Shown: positions 18,910 to 27,829, counted from the first letter of the stretch. The stretch: DNA of 64,000 nucleotides from a virus (IMGVR_UViG_3300001528_000580:96001-160000); one strand, 5' to 3'. Translations and numbers: made by a program. Notes: generated from the letters alone by a model not told the origin.

Positions 18910-19224
18910 AAATTTATAATTATTTAAGTAACTCAAACTTAAAGTTATTGTATTATCATGATTGGTATAAATCAAAAGATTTATCTTATCAGAATGTTCT
19001 ACTTCCAATCTATCATAATAACAATCTGGAATTGGTTTTTGAATAATATTATGAAGATAATTCAATGCTAATCCAGTACAAGTACTTGGAAGCGGTGGAA
19101 TATCTTCTTTTTCATCAAATTCTGAAATTTCTGGAAAAATTTTTTGAATAAGTTCAAAAAAGATAGGTTCTCTTTTTTTGAAACTACGAATTGTGAAATT
19201 AATTTTATTAAAATCAACATTCAT
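18865..19224 (-). CDS. hypothetical protein with C-terminus replaced by the IS607 insertion
   Basis: native end ..LSLSYDKIKEL* lies on the far side of the element (16907..16930). Confidence 0.7.
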   Translation of the reverse strand: MNVDFNKINFTIRSFKKREPIFFELIQKIFPEISEFDEKEDIPPLPSTCTGLALNYLHNIIQKPIPDCYYDRLEVEHSDKINLLIYTNHDNTITLSLSYLNNYKFSQNVININERFIRI

Positions 19225-19388
19225 TATTTATTATTCCATCTTTTTGAAAAATGTTCAGGATACAAATCTCTTAAATCTTTCAACTCATTGCATTTTATTT
19301 GCAATGCCTGATCTTGTTTCATTTTTTTAAATTGAAAGATATCAGAAAGAATTTCATCTTCCTTTTTGCAATATTCTTCATAATTCAT
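19224..19388 (-). CDS. small hypothetical protein (54 aa, MNYEEYCKK...)
   Basis: read by hand; GAGG RBS; follows the promoter at 19411. Confidence 0.6.
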   Translation of the reverse strand: MNYEEYCKKEDEILSDIFQFKKMKQDQALQIKCNELKDLRDLYPEHFSKRWNNK

Positions 19389-19410
19389 TCAACACCTCTT
19401 TCTATGTATT

Positions 19411-19441
19411 GTAACATAGCACTAATATTTCAAAAGTCAAG
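19411..19441 (-). promoter_or_regulatory. sigma70-type promoter
   Basis: TTGACT-17-(TGC)TATGTT. Confidence 0.7.
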
Positions 19442-19470
19442 AAAAATTTAAAAATATTTTTAAATTTTAT

Positions 19471-19553
19471 TTTTAGCGATTTTAAGGCGTTGTAATAACA
19501 AATATGTAGCAACACTTACAATTTATTATAACATCGCTCTATGTCGCTGAAAA
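19471..19553 (+). other. long imperfect hairpin with G-T wobbles
   Basis: TTTTAGCGAT/GTCGCTGAAA and GGCGTTGTAATAA/TTATTATAACATC stems. Confidence 0.5.
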
Positions 19554-19584
19554 TGGCTTTATTTGGCGTTATAAGGAATTGTTT

Positions 19585-19848
19585 TTAAACCGCTTTGTTA
19601 GATTCATTATAATCTAAGATAATATCATCAATCAATGATTGAGAGATTCCTTGTTTTTCTTGTGCTGTTTCTGAGATAATATCCATAATTTCTTTAACTT
19701 GATTATCAGTCAAATTAATTTTAAGCTGTTCTTCTGCTCTATTTTTAATTTCTGCGAAAGAAATCTTAACAGAAATGTTATTATGATTACCAACAATGTT
19801 CATATAATATCCTTTCATTTTTGGTTCATAATATATAATATACACCAT
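19585..19848 (-). CDS. hypothetical protein (likely start MNIVG ~19803)
   Basis: ORF track; promoter at 19833-19865. Confidence 0.65.
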   Translation of the reverse strand: MVYIIYYEPKMKGYYMNIVGNHNNISVKISFAEIKNRAEEQLKINLTDNQVKEIMDIISETAQEKQGISQSLIDDIILDYNESNKAV

Positions 19849-19865
19849 AAAACATAAAAAACAAG
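19833..19865 (-). promoter_or_regulatory. early promoter
   Basis: TTGTTT-16-(TGGTG)TATATT. Confidence 0.7.
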
Positions 19866-19944
19866 TATCACCAAGAATTTTTTGTAAATTTATTTTCAGA
19901 TAATTTTATAATTTTTAATTTAAAAACAAATAGGAGTATATAAA

Positions 19945-20448
19945 ATGCAATTTAAAGATATAGTTTCTAAAGCAAAAAAGATTAGAGCTAGTTATAATAA
20001 TGAGCAATTATATCAGTATTTAATAAATAATGGTTTTGAAGTTTCAAATTATAATGATGCATTTGAAGATTGGCTTGATGAAGGTGACAGATTTTATAAG
20101 GGTATTCCTAATAATCTATCAGAAGATGAAGTAAAACAAATATTTGAAAAAAGTGATGCAATGTATAACATTAATTACGAATCAAATTATGAAAATGAAG
20201 TTTTTATTACAATTAATTTCACTCCAATATATACTTACAATAGTGCAAATGGATTACTTGAAATTACTGACTATGAAATATTTGAATGTAGTATGAGCGA
20301 TTATGATTGGGATATTGAAATTAATTCAACTAATAAAACAATTATGACTAACTTTATGAATGGTTGTGATGATTTAAAGAAATTATTTGCAAGATATATA
20401 AATTTATTAAATGATTTAGAAAAATATGGAATTAAATGTTGGAGATAA
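19945..20448 (+). CDS. hypothetical acidic protein, putative virion/internal protein
   Basis: AGGAG RBS; basic N-terminal leader. Confidence 0.75.
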   Translation: MQFKDIVSKAKKIRASYNNEQLYQYLINNGFEVSNYNDAFEDWLDEGDRFYKGIPNNLSEDEVKQIFEKSDAMYNINYESNYENEVFITINFTPIYTYNSANGLLEITDYEIFECSMSDYDWDIEINSTNKTIMTNFMNGCDDLKKLFARYINLLNDLEKYGIKCWR

Positions 20449-20461
20449 AAGGAGATAAAAA

Positions 20462-20836
20462 ATGAACAAATTAGCTAAAGAATTATTAAGTATTGCAAAC
20501 TCATTAAAAAATATTTATGGTGAGGAAATAGATATTGGTGAAGAATATCAAAAGGAATCCGGTAATAGAACATTTGTATGTTTACCAAAGATATATACTC
20601 TTAGCGTTGAAGTTTTAAAAGATGAAATAGATTTTAATGTTTTAAATAAACTTATAAATTCATTAACAAAAGAATTAAAGTATGAATTAGAAGATTTAAA
20701 TTTACAATATAGTAATTTTTATATTACAATAGAACCAAATTCTAGTTCTGATATTAAAATTGTTGTAAAAGCAAATTTAAACAATCAAACTACCGAAGAT
20801 GTTTTATTAAAAAATGGATATAAAAGATTAAAATAA
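20462..20836 (+). CDS. hypothetical protein with KELLSIANSL leader
   Basis: AAGGAG RBS. Confidence 0.75.
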   Translation: MNKLAKELLSIANSLKNIYGEEIDIGEEYQKESGNRTFVCLPKIYTLSVEVLKDEIDFNVLNKLINSLTKELKYELEDLNLQYSNFYITIEPNSSSDIKIVVKANLNNQTTEDVLLKNGYKRLK

Positions 20837-20855
20837 TTTATTAAGGAAATATATT

Positions 20856-21287
20856 ATGTATAGAATATCAAGAGAAATATTAAGTATTGCTAATCAGGTT
20901 GATCATTTTTATTTAGATGAAAAATTAAAAAATGTCAAAACCAAAAGAGGCGCTATTAATTATATTTATAAAGTAGTTAATCCTTATACAAGAGGATTTT
21001 TTAGAGATTTTGCATGGGAAAATGTTAATAAAGTATTTAATACAATTAGAAATTTAGGAGTTGATTTAGAAGTCGATACAGATAAATCTAAAGGTGGAGA
21101 TTATCATGAAGTTCAGCAATCAGGAAATCATGTTACAAAATATAAACAATGGAATCTTGAAATAACTTTCACAAATAAATATGATCAAGATTTCAAAATT
21201 ACTGGTAGATTGATTGCTAGTGATGCAAGTGATGTTGGATCATTACATGATTTTGAAAGATATGATATGTCACTCATTTTGGATTAA
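20856..21287 (+). CDS. hypothetical protein with REILSIANQV leader
   Basis: AAGGAA RBS. Confidence 0.75.
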   Translation: MYRISREILSIANQVDHFYLDEKLKNVKTKRGAINYIYKVVNPYTRGFFRDFAWENVNKVFNTIRNLGVDLEVDTDKSKGGDYHEVQQSGNHVTKYKQWNLEITFTNKYDQDFKITGRLIASDASDVGSLHDFERYDMSLILD

Positions 21288-21338
21288 TATATTATTATCA
21301 ATAATAATATAAACTAATTTTTAAATTTAAAAAAAATA

Positions 21339-21372
21339 AAAAAGAAGAATGGTTATTTCCATTCTTCTTTTC
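21339..21372. terminator. bidirectional terminator
   Basis: AAAAGAAGAATGG..CCATTCTTCTTTT between convergent genes. Confidence 0.7.
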
Positions 21373-21390
21373 ATCTTAAGTAACTTTATA

Positions 21391-21735
21391 TTACTTCTTT
21401 TCCGACTTCGGAGCAAACATGCGCTTTTCAACTTCATTCGGAGTAGCACCGTAATCTCCGGCATTTACCCGACCATAGTATTTGAAGTTGATTTTTTCTT
21501 TCTTGCCGAGATATTCCTTCATTGGAATACTCTCCTTCTTTTCAAGAACCTTGCGATAACGACCACGAGCAATATTTACTGCAATCGTCTTATCGAAACG
21601 ATCCTTTGAAGAACAAATCGACACTCCACGATTGACAGTGCCATCTTCATTCATCGACACAACCACAGCGCCATACATGTCACCACGCTTGCCATTCTGA
21701 CCTTCCTTACGGAGATAGTAATACCGTTCACTCAT
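21391..21735 (-). CDS. GC-enriched monocistronic early protein (MSERYYYLRK...)
   Basis: AAGGAA RBS before ATG 21735; own promoter and terminator; GxSxCxxxDxF..IAxxR motif. Confidence 0.8.
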   Translation of the reverse strand: MSERYYYLRKEGQNGKRGDMYGAVVVSMNEDGTVNRGVSICSSKDRFDKTIAVNIARGRYRKVLEKKESIPMKEYLGKKEKINFKYYGRVNAGDYGATPNEVEKRMFAPKSEKK

Positions 21736-21798
21736 TTTTCTTTTTCCTTTTTGTTTGTTTATTTGTTTTTCTGCACCATGCAGAATTAAGTTTCTACC

Positions 21799-21830
21799 TA
21801 TAACATACACCATTTTTTCAAATATTCAAG
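21799..21830 (-). promoter_or_regulatory. early promoter
   Basis: TTGAAT-16-(TGGTG)TATGTT. Confidence 0.7.
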
Positions 21831-22207
21831 TCTATTTCAGAACATTTTTTGATTTTTTCAATAATACTTGAACGTTCTTTACCTCTTGAAGTATCATTTT
21901 CCATCATCTCAATCCACTTTTTGTATGATTTTAAATTTTCAAAAAAAGTGAAACCGTTTAACATCTCTTTTTCAATTTCGTCATTTGTTAAATCATTGCC
22001 TTCCCATTCATCACAACAAGGACAACTACCATATGAATAACGATAACTTGCAACTCTTCCATCTTTCAGGAAGATATCAATATCTACTTCTCCTGACCAG
22101 CTATCTTCAAAATATAAAAATAAAACATAAATTCCATTGAGTTTGTTAATAACATTGATTAAATTTTCTGAATAATTGCAATTTGAAATTTCATTGAGTT
22201 CAAACAT
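21818..22207 (-). CDS. hypothetical phage protein (YSYGSCxxCDEWE)
   Basis: motif; RBS. Confidence 0.75.
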   Translation of the reverse strand: MFELNEISNCNYSENLINVINKLNGIYVLFLYFEDSWSGEVDIDIFLKDGRVASYRYSYGSCPCCDEWEGNDLTNDEIEKEMLNGFTFFENLKSYKKWIEMMENDTSRGKERSSIIEKIKKCSEIDLNI

Positions 22208-22232
22208 ATATCACCTTTTCCCTTGTTTATGA

Positions 22233-22266
22233 ATATACTATACACCCCAATAGCAATAAAATCAAG
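22233..22266 (-). promoter_or_regulatory. early promoter
   Basis: TTGATT-17-(GGGGTG)TATAGT. Confidence 0.75.
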
Positions 22267-22356
22267 CAAGAAAACAAATATTTTTCTAATTTTTTCGATT
22301 TTTAAAAGATATAAAAAAACATTATTTATATTTTTTTGATATAAATAATGTTAAAA

Positions 22357-22432
22357 TGGTAGGGATGACAGGAATCGAACCTGTGACCAATTGCTTAGAA
22401 GGCAACTGCTCTATCCTCTGAGCTACATCCCC
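22357..22432 (-). tRNA. tRNA-Arg(UCU)
   Basis: GGGGATG/CATCCCT acceptor stem, GCTC/GAGC D-arm, loop CTTCTAA, ACAGG-TTCGATT-CCTGT T-arm, encoded CCA; 76 nt. Confidence 0.97.
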
Positions 22433-22442
22433 AATTAATTTT

Positions 22443-22970
22443 TTAATTAACACATGGTATTTCTACCAATTCTTTTCTTCCTATTGGATTTTCACCATTT
22501 TTAATAATTTCATATGCTGCTTTAACGGCAAAGCAATTATCACTTGAATGAATTGATTTATATAAACTTAACAAATAGTTTGGTTCAATTACTTTAAAAC
22601 CATTCACAATAATAAATGGTGGATTACCAACGAAAAAGTCAATAATCAATTTTTTGTTATCTTTATACAATTCATATCTTCTAAAATCAGCTTCACCAGC
22701 AGGAAATCTTGTGTGAACTTTTTCAAAACCAATACTTTTCAGTATTGATATAACTGTTACAACATCTTCTTTATTAACAAATATATCAACATCTTTATGA
22801 TCATGAGCATGTTTCAGCTCTTTATGATCTATGGGAGACATGAAATGCCAAGCCCAACCACCAGAAAATATAGCATAATTCTTTATCGCTTCCAATTTTT
22901 CAAGATATAAATCAATGACGTCTTGGTTCCATGTTTCTCCATATCTTTTTTTATTATGAGCATCAGCCAT
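22443..22970 (-). CDS. pol-beta-superfamily nucleotidyltransferase (ANT(2'')/Lnu-like motif)
   Basis: SGGWA...H.DVDIFV, later D in IIDFF. Confidence 0.7.
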   Translation of the reverse strand: MADAHNKKRYGETWNQDVIDLYLEKLEAIKNYAIFSGGWAWHFMSPIDHKELKHAHDHKDVDIFVNKEDVVTVISILKSIGFEKVHTRFPAGEADFRRYELYKDNKKLIIDFFVGNPPFIIVNGFKVIEPNYLLSLYKSIHSSDNCFAVKAAYEIIKNGENPIGRKELVEIPCVN

Positions 22971-23007
22971 ATTTTATTGATTCTACTTTTCTTTTTTGTT
23001 TATATAA

Positions 23008-23039
23008 CATAATATACATGTGTTTTAGAATTTTTCAAG
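23008..23039 (-). promoter_or_regulatory. promoter of the NTase-tRNA unit
   Basis: TTGAAA-16-(TG)TATATT. Confidence 0.65.
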
Positions 23040-23111
23040 TTCAAAAATTAAATTTTTTTCATTTTTTTTATAATTCTATAATATCTCTTTCAAGTTTTAA
23101 AATTTCTATTT

Positions 23112-23552
23112 TTAATTCAGATGATAGTTCAAAAAATATTCTTCTGTATCTCCAAGAAAAGTTCCCAAATGTAATTTTTTCTTTTGTAATTCATCAATCA
23201 AATTATTAATCTGTTCCATTTGTTCTTCGTACAATTTTTGAACTTCTTTGATAATATTTTTCCTAATATTTTCTACCTTATCTGAAATATTTTCATTATC
23301 TTCAAAATAAAATCCACCAGCAAGTTGAACACGATCTTTATCTTCATAAAAATCTTGATCCAACACTTTTAATCTTTTAATATTACCATCAGAAATATTA
23401 TCAGGAAAAAAATATGCTCCCTCTTTATCGTTACACCATGCTCCATGAATTTTTCCATTTTCATATCTACATGTTGCAATCTCCATATTGCAATAGCTTT
23501 TTGCAGGATTCTTCTTATTAAATATAACATTTACATAAAAAACTTTTTTCAT
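23112..23552 (-). CDS. hypothetical protein
   Basis: ORF track; RBS. Confidence 0.7.
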   Translation of the reverse strand: MKKVFYVNVIFNKKNPAKSYCNMEIATCRYENGKIHGAWCNDKEGAYFFPDNISDGNIKRLKVLDQDFYEDKDRVQLAGGFYFEDNENISDKVENIRKNIIKEVQKLYEEQMEQINNLIDELQKKKLHLGTFLGDTEEYFLNYHLN

Positions 23553-23812
23553 TCTTTATTCCTTTTTTCTTCAAAGCCATCACATGAAGTTAGCCAAGCA
23601 GGATCATAATTTTCAGGAAAGAAAAACCACCCTTGATCAAAGCCATGTTTAATACATGTTACTTTGCAGGTCTTATTTGCACAAGAAGAATGACAATCTT
23701 GTGGTACATCCCTTCGATGAATACATTTATAACAATCTTTTTTATTTGAATCATCATTATTAAAACTGAAACGAATATTTCCAGTTAAAAGATTTTCTAT
23801 AAATTCAAACAT
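23549..23812 (-). CDS. Cys-rich phage protein (C..C.HR..P.D.H..C..GWF..P.N.DP.W..C.GF)
   Basis: motif; AGGAG RBS. Confidence 0.75.
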   Translation of the reverse strand: MFEFIENLLTGNIRFSFNNDDSNKKDCYKCIHRRDVPQDCHSSCANKTCKVTCIKHGFDQGWFFFPENYDPAWLTSCDGFEEKRNKE

Positions 23813-23824
23813 TATGTTATCTCC

Positions 23825-24265
23825 TTAGATTACACTTAAAATTTTAATAATAACTTCTTTAGGAGCTATACCAATTATTTTTCTTGCTTTTGCTAAATAT
23901 TTTTTCTTTGCTTTATTTATATCCCAACCATCTTCTCTTTTTTGAGCAAACCATGTACAATTTGTATAATGATCATCTCGGCAAATAATGCTATGAAGAA
24001 TACACGCAAGTTGTTGCTCTTCCGAAAGAGTTGTTGGACTATATTTTTCTTTTGCACATTCATTAATAGCTTCTTTATGACTACAAATATCTGATTTCCA
24101 AAGTTCTATGCTTCTTTTATTAGAACCATAAAAATTCGTCCCTTTTTCTTTATCTCTTTTTTTATCATTTTCAAGCTCATTAATTTGAGCGTTCATACAT
24201 TTTTCAGCTTCTTTGATTGCTTTTTTATGTCTTTCAATTAAAACATCATACCATAAATTTAACAT
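23825..24265 (-). CDS. hypothetical protein
   Basis: ORF track; RBS. Confidence 0.7.
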   Translation of the reverse strand: MLNLWYDVLIERHKKAIKEAEKCMNAQINELENDKKRDKEKGTNFYGSNKRSIELWKSDICSHKEAINECAKEKYSPTTLSEEQQLACILHSIICRDDHYTNCTWFAQKREDGWDINKAKKKYLAKARKIIGIAPKEVIIKILSVI

Positions 24266-24307
24266 TATTAATTTCCTTTCCTAAGTTTAATAACAATAAA
24301 TTGAAAT

Positions 24308-24718
24308 TTATTCTACTTTTGTATAATTGTTAAAAATATTTTCTTCTGCAAATGGACTATTTACATTTTTGATAATTCTCGTGCCATGAGATTCATTTTC
24401 AGGATTTTCTTTATCATAATGATAATGTACCAACATTTCAATGTAATATCCATCATAATACTGCCAATAGATTTTTTGAACATGATATTCTCTATCAGGA
24501 CATGTATTATCAATAAATTTATCACCTACTTTAAAAGGAAGATCATCGAATGCTTTTTTGAGATTAGGAAGATTAGATGGCACTTTTTCTTTCACTCTAT
24601 CTTCTGCCAAATCAAAACATTTTAATCCTCTTTTTTCTCTTTCTTTATGAATTGAACAATAATGATCAATATCAAACATAAAATATGAATTATCTTTATT
24701 TCTTTCAATGATTTTCAT
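24308..24718 (-). CDS. hypothetical protein
   Basis: ORF track. Confidence 0.7.
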   Translation of the reverse strand: MKIIERNKDNSYFMFDIDHYCSIHKEREKRGLKCFDLAEDRVKEKVPSNLPNLKKAFDDLPFKVGDKFIDNTCPDREYHVQKIYWQYYDGYYIEMLVHYHYDKENPENESHGTRIIKNVNSPFAEENIFNNYTKVE

Positions 24719-24733
24719 TTTGTTTTTTCCCTT

Positions 24734-25075
24734 TTATTGTTCAAAATATATCAGATAATGTAATGATATTGCAGTTCTTAATTCAGCTTTTGCACCATTG
24801 GAATTTTCCCAACCCTTTAACATATATATTGCTTTACAATCTTCTTTTAATACTTTTATAACAGTATCAAGGACGAATTGGTAATCGTAATTATTGTTAA
24901 GCAAATCATCCATTGAATATATTTTAAGAATAACATCCATAGGATTAATAATAACGCTTTCAGGGAATTGTCTTTTTAATTTTATTTCAGCTTTTTTAAA
25001 GCCATCATAATTATATTCAGGCATTCCTGACATCTTTCCTGAAATATATATTGCGTTTTTATTATTGTTATTCAT
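24734..25075 (-). CDS. DUF4406 family (nucleoside deoxyribosyltransferase-like) protein
   Basis: IYISGKMSG....N...F..AE..L..INP..IYMLKGWENS.GA.AE. Confidence 0.85.
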   Translation of the reverse strand: MNNNNKNAIYISGKMSGMPEYNYDGFKKAEIKLKRQFPESVIINPMDVILKIYSMDDLLNNNYDYQFVLDTVIKVLKEDCKAIYMLKGWENSNGAKAELRTAISLHYLIYFEQ

Positions 25076-25089
25076 AATTTATTCATGTA

Positions 25090-25611
25090 TTAAAAAATTA
25101 AAACAAGATCATGACCATTATTGAAGGTAAAATGATAGTTTGGATGAAAATTATTCACCCATGTATCAACACTCATCAATCTTTCATCTCCGAAAGATGG
25201 AGTTTTATATTTATCTGTTGGAACATAATGAATAACAATATTCGCCTCTTGTTTTTGACGATTCAAGATATTACGAATATTATTATCAGAAAAATGTTCC
25301 AATACACCATGAGAGAAAATCAAATCTGTTTTTCCATGATTTGAGAATATATCTCCAACATAAGGAGTATTTGAATTAGTGTTTTCTTTTGAAAGTTCAA
25401 CTTGGTCAGGATCAATATCAAACATTTGCATTTGAATGTTAACACGTTGCATGATAATCTTAGAGATAGTAGCAATGCCACATCCTTCTTCTCTTACATT
25501 TTTCCCAATGTTTGAAATAATTGAATCAATAAACGGTTTATATCTATCTTTACAATAGTTAGAATAACCATTACCAACCCGACTTTTATAAAAATCAGAC
25601 CATACACTCAT
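25090..25611 (-). CDS. class I SAM-dependent methyltransferase
   Basis: EEGCG motif I, FDID, GDIF, SHGVLEHF. Confidence 0.85.
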   Translation of the reverse strand: MSVWSDFYKSRVGNGYSNYCKDRYKPFIDSIISNIGKNVREEGCGIATISKIIMQRVNIQMQMFDIDPDQVELSKENTNSNTPYVGDIFSNHGKTDLIFSHGVLEHFSDNNIRNILNRQKQEANIVIHYVPTDKYKTPSFGDERLMSVDTWVNNFHPNYHFTFNNGHDLVLIF

Positions 25612-25623
25612 CTTAAATTCCCC

Positions 25624-26010
25624 TTAGTCTTTGGTTGTTGATTCATAAGTGATATGTTTTACGCTATCACAATCTTTACATAATGGAAGAAAAATGTCAC
25701 GCTTCTCAATATTAAATGATTTACATTTTGAACAATATAATTTTAAATCACTACCTAAAAATCCTAATTCAGCAAACATTTTTGCCGTTTTAAATTTATC
25801 GCTTTCAGAAAAATGAATGCCTCCATTGTAGGGAACATTATTAATTCTTACTGTTTTTGTTCCATCTCCAAAATCAACAATCTTACCGATTATGATGTAA
25901 CTTCCATAGAAACAAATCCTATCTTCTGCAACACTATTAATTCGTCTTTCTTCCTGCAGTTGACTTATCAGTTTAAGATATTCATTATATCTTTGAATAA
26001 TAGTTTGCAT
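25624..26010 (-). CDS. hypothetical protein with Zn ribbon
   Basis: CSKC..CKDC. Confidence 0.7.
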   Translation of the reverse strand: MQTIIQRYNEYLKLISQLQEERRINSVAEDRICFYGSYIIIGKIVDFGDGTKTVRINNVPYNGGIHFSESDKFKTAKMFAELGFLGSDLKLYCSKCKSFNIEKRDIFLPLCKDCDSVKHITYESTTKD

Positions 26011-26053
26011 TTTTATATTCCTTAAATGAAATGAGTTTTATTTTCTTCTTAAT

Positions 26054-26086
26054 ATATACTATACACCATAAAATAAAAAATTCAAG
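26054..26086 (-). promoter_or_regulatory. early promoter
   Basis: TTGAAT-16-(TGGTG)TATAGT. Confidence 0.75.
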
Positions 26087-26177
26087 GATTTTTCAAAAAA
26101 ATAACAATTTATTTTCAAAGATATTTTTGTATTTAAAGCAAAAAAGTTAGATTAAAATCTATCTTTTTATTGATTGA

Positions 26178-26453
26178 TTATTCTATATCTAACAATTGCT
26201 GATTGATAATATCTTTTTCATGCGACCGCTCGATACCATGAATATTATCTTTTTTAATATCTTTATTATGAGAACGATTATTCCATTCACCATCAGCAAT
26301 TAAAACTAAACTATGTTTATAATCAATACGTTTAGTCTTTTTTAATTTTCTTTTAAGACTGTTGCGAAAATGATTATCCATAGTTTGATCATCTTGATAT
26401 TTTTCATCAAATTTATGATATTTGACAGAATAATTTCTAAATGTTTTTCCCAT
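26178..26453 (-). CDS. hypothetical basic protein
   Basis: ORF track. Confidence 0.65.
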   Translation of the reverse strand: MGKTFRNYSVKYHKFDEKYQDDQTMDNHFRNSLKRKLKKTKRIDYKHSLVLIADGEWNNRSHNKDIKKDNIHGIERSHEKDIINQQLLDIE

Positions 26454-26465
26454 AATAAAATCTTT

Positions 26466-27257
26466 CTAAAATTTTGGTGAGATTGGCATTTGTCTTTTAT
26501 GTTTAGAATTGTTATAAAGTTTTACAATTCTTTCAAATGCTTTTTCTTCAATTTGTTTATTACTAAGAAAGTCATCAATATTTTGATAACTAATTCCTAA
26601 TTCATCTTCATCTGTTTCACTAATTCCTAATCCCGCTGCTGGAGCTTTTTCAATAAGTTTATTGGGAACACTGAACCATTTTGCAATCTTATAAATTGTA
26701 GATTTTTTCAATCCACTCAAAGGATTTATATCAGTTCCGCCATCACCATATTTTGTAAAAAATCCAGTCAATGCTTCACCTGCATGATCAGTTCCAACAA
26801 CAAGACCATTAACATCTTGAGCATACATATATTGTAAAATCATTCTTGCTCTTGCATGAACATTTCCTGCAATAGTTTTACTTATATCTTTTTTGTATTC
26901 ATTGTAAAAACTATTTGCAATATTATAAATATCATAAGTTTTAAAACAGTATGGTTTAATTATATCAACCGATAATATAACATCATCCATATCTTTTTGA
27001 GTTCCGTAGGGTAAACTAATAAGATGAAGTTTTATTTTATATTCAGATATTTGATTGATATAATTACAAATAAGACCTGCAACTAAACTGTCAATGCCAC
27101 CAGATATACCAAGAACAAGATTATTCATTCTGTTTTGTTCAAGATAATCCTTGACAAATATTGCTCTTTTTTCAACAAGTTCTTTTATATCTAGACATAA
27201 TTGATCTTTGCTTACAAGTTCTTCAATAATTTTTTCTTGTATAGTTAATTCTTTCAT
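26466..27257 (-). CDS. nadE: NH3-dependent NAD+ synthetase
   Basis: LGISGGIDS P-loop, N..AR.RM, GTDH..E..TGFFTKYGDGG.D..PL, DEDELG..Y, HKR..P. Confidence 0.95.
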   Translation of the reverse strand: MKELTIQEKIIEELVSKDQLCLDIKELVEKRAIFVKDYLEQNRMNNLVLGISGGIDSLVAGLICNYINQISEYKIKLHLISLPYGTQKDMDDVILSVDIIKPYCFKTYDIYNIANSFYNEYKKDISKTIAGNVHARARMILQYMYAQDVNGLVVGTDHAGEALTGFFTKYGDGGTDINPLSGLKKSTIYKIAKWFSVPNKLIEKAPAAGLGISETDEDELGISYQNIDDFLSNKQIEEKAFERIVKLYNNSKHKRQMPISPKF

Positions 27258-27265
27258 TTTTATTC

Positions 27266-27487
27266 CTATTGAGTTAAAATAAACTTAAGAGGTGGATCAA
27301 TTGTAACGTGCATTGGATTTCCATAATATGTAATAATAGAATTAACTTTTAAATTATCAAGATGATATTGTTGGATTTTATTTTTTCCAGCATATTGCTC
27401 AATAATCTCTTTTGCACTATCAATACTTGAAACATGTTCTAAACATGTTCTTGTTGCTAAATGAGTATTAATAATGATTAATTTCAT
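27266..27487 (-). CDS. hypothetical protein
   Basis: ORF track. Confidence 0.65.
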   Translation of the reverse strand: MKLIIINTHLATRTCLEHVSSIDSAKEIIEQYAGKNKIQQYHLDNLKVNSIITYYGNPMHVTIDPPLKFILTQ

Positions 27488-27496
27488 ATATTACCT

Positions 27497-27829
27497 TTAT
27501 ATGTTATATGATTCTACCTTGATTCCAAGTTTATCTATTACTTTTTTACAAGTTTCACATGGATGAATAGGAAGCAAACTTCCATCTTTTGCACTTCTGA
27601 TAATAACAATCTTTCTAATTTTCATGCCATATCTTTTAATCAGTTCTCTTTCGGCATGTTTTCCTTTACCTTTTCCAAGACCAATAGCTTTAATATCACC
27701 AAAACTATTGGAGCGCATACCAATATAATCACCTTTATTATTAAACCCCAAAGCAATAACTCTTTGAGTTAATATCTTTGGTTGTTTCTTTGCTTTTTTC
27801 AACGCTTTTTCTAACAAAACATCATTCAT
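27497..27829 (-). CDS. cytidine/dCMP-deaminase-fold zinc protein
   Basis: HAE ... PCETC zinc ligands; likely start MNDVLL at 27829. Confidence 0.75.
   Translation of the reverse strand: MNDVLLEKALKKAKKQPKILTQRVIALGFNNKGDYIGMRSNSFGDIKAIGLGKGKGKHAERELIKRYGMKIRKIVIIRSAKDGSLLPIHPCETCKKVIDKLGIKVESYNI

Larger units (their letters stand above)
16929..18930 (+). mobile_element. IS607-family element (tnpA serine recombinase + tnpB)
   Basis: overlapping tnpA/tnpB on the strand opposite to flanking genes; TA at both ends; removing 2000 bp restores the flanking ORF. Confidence 0.85.
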
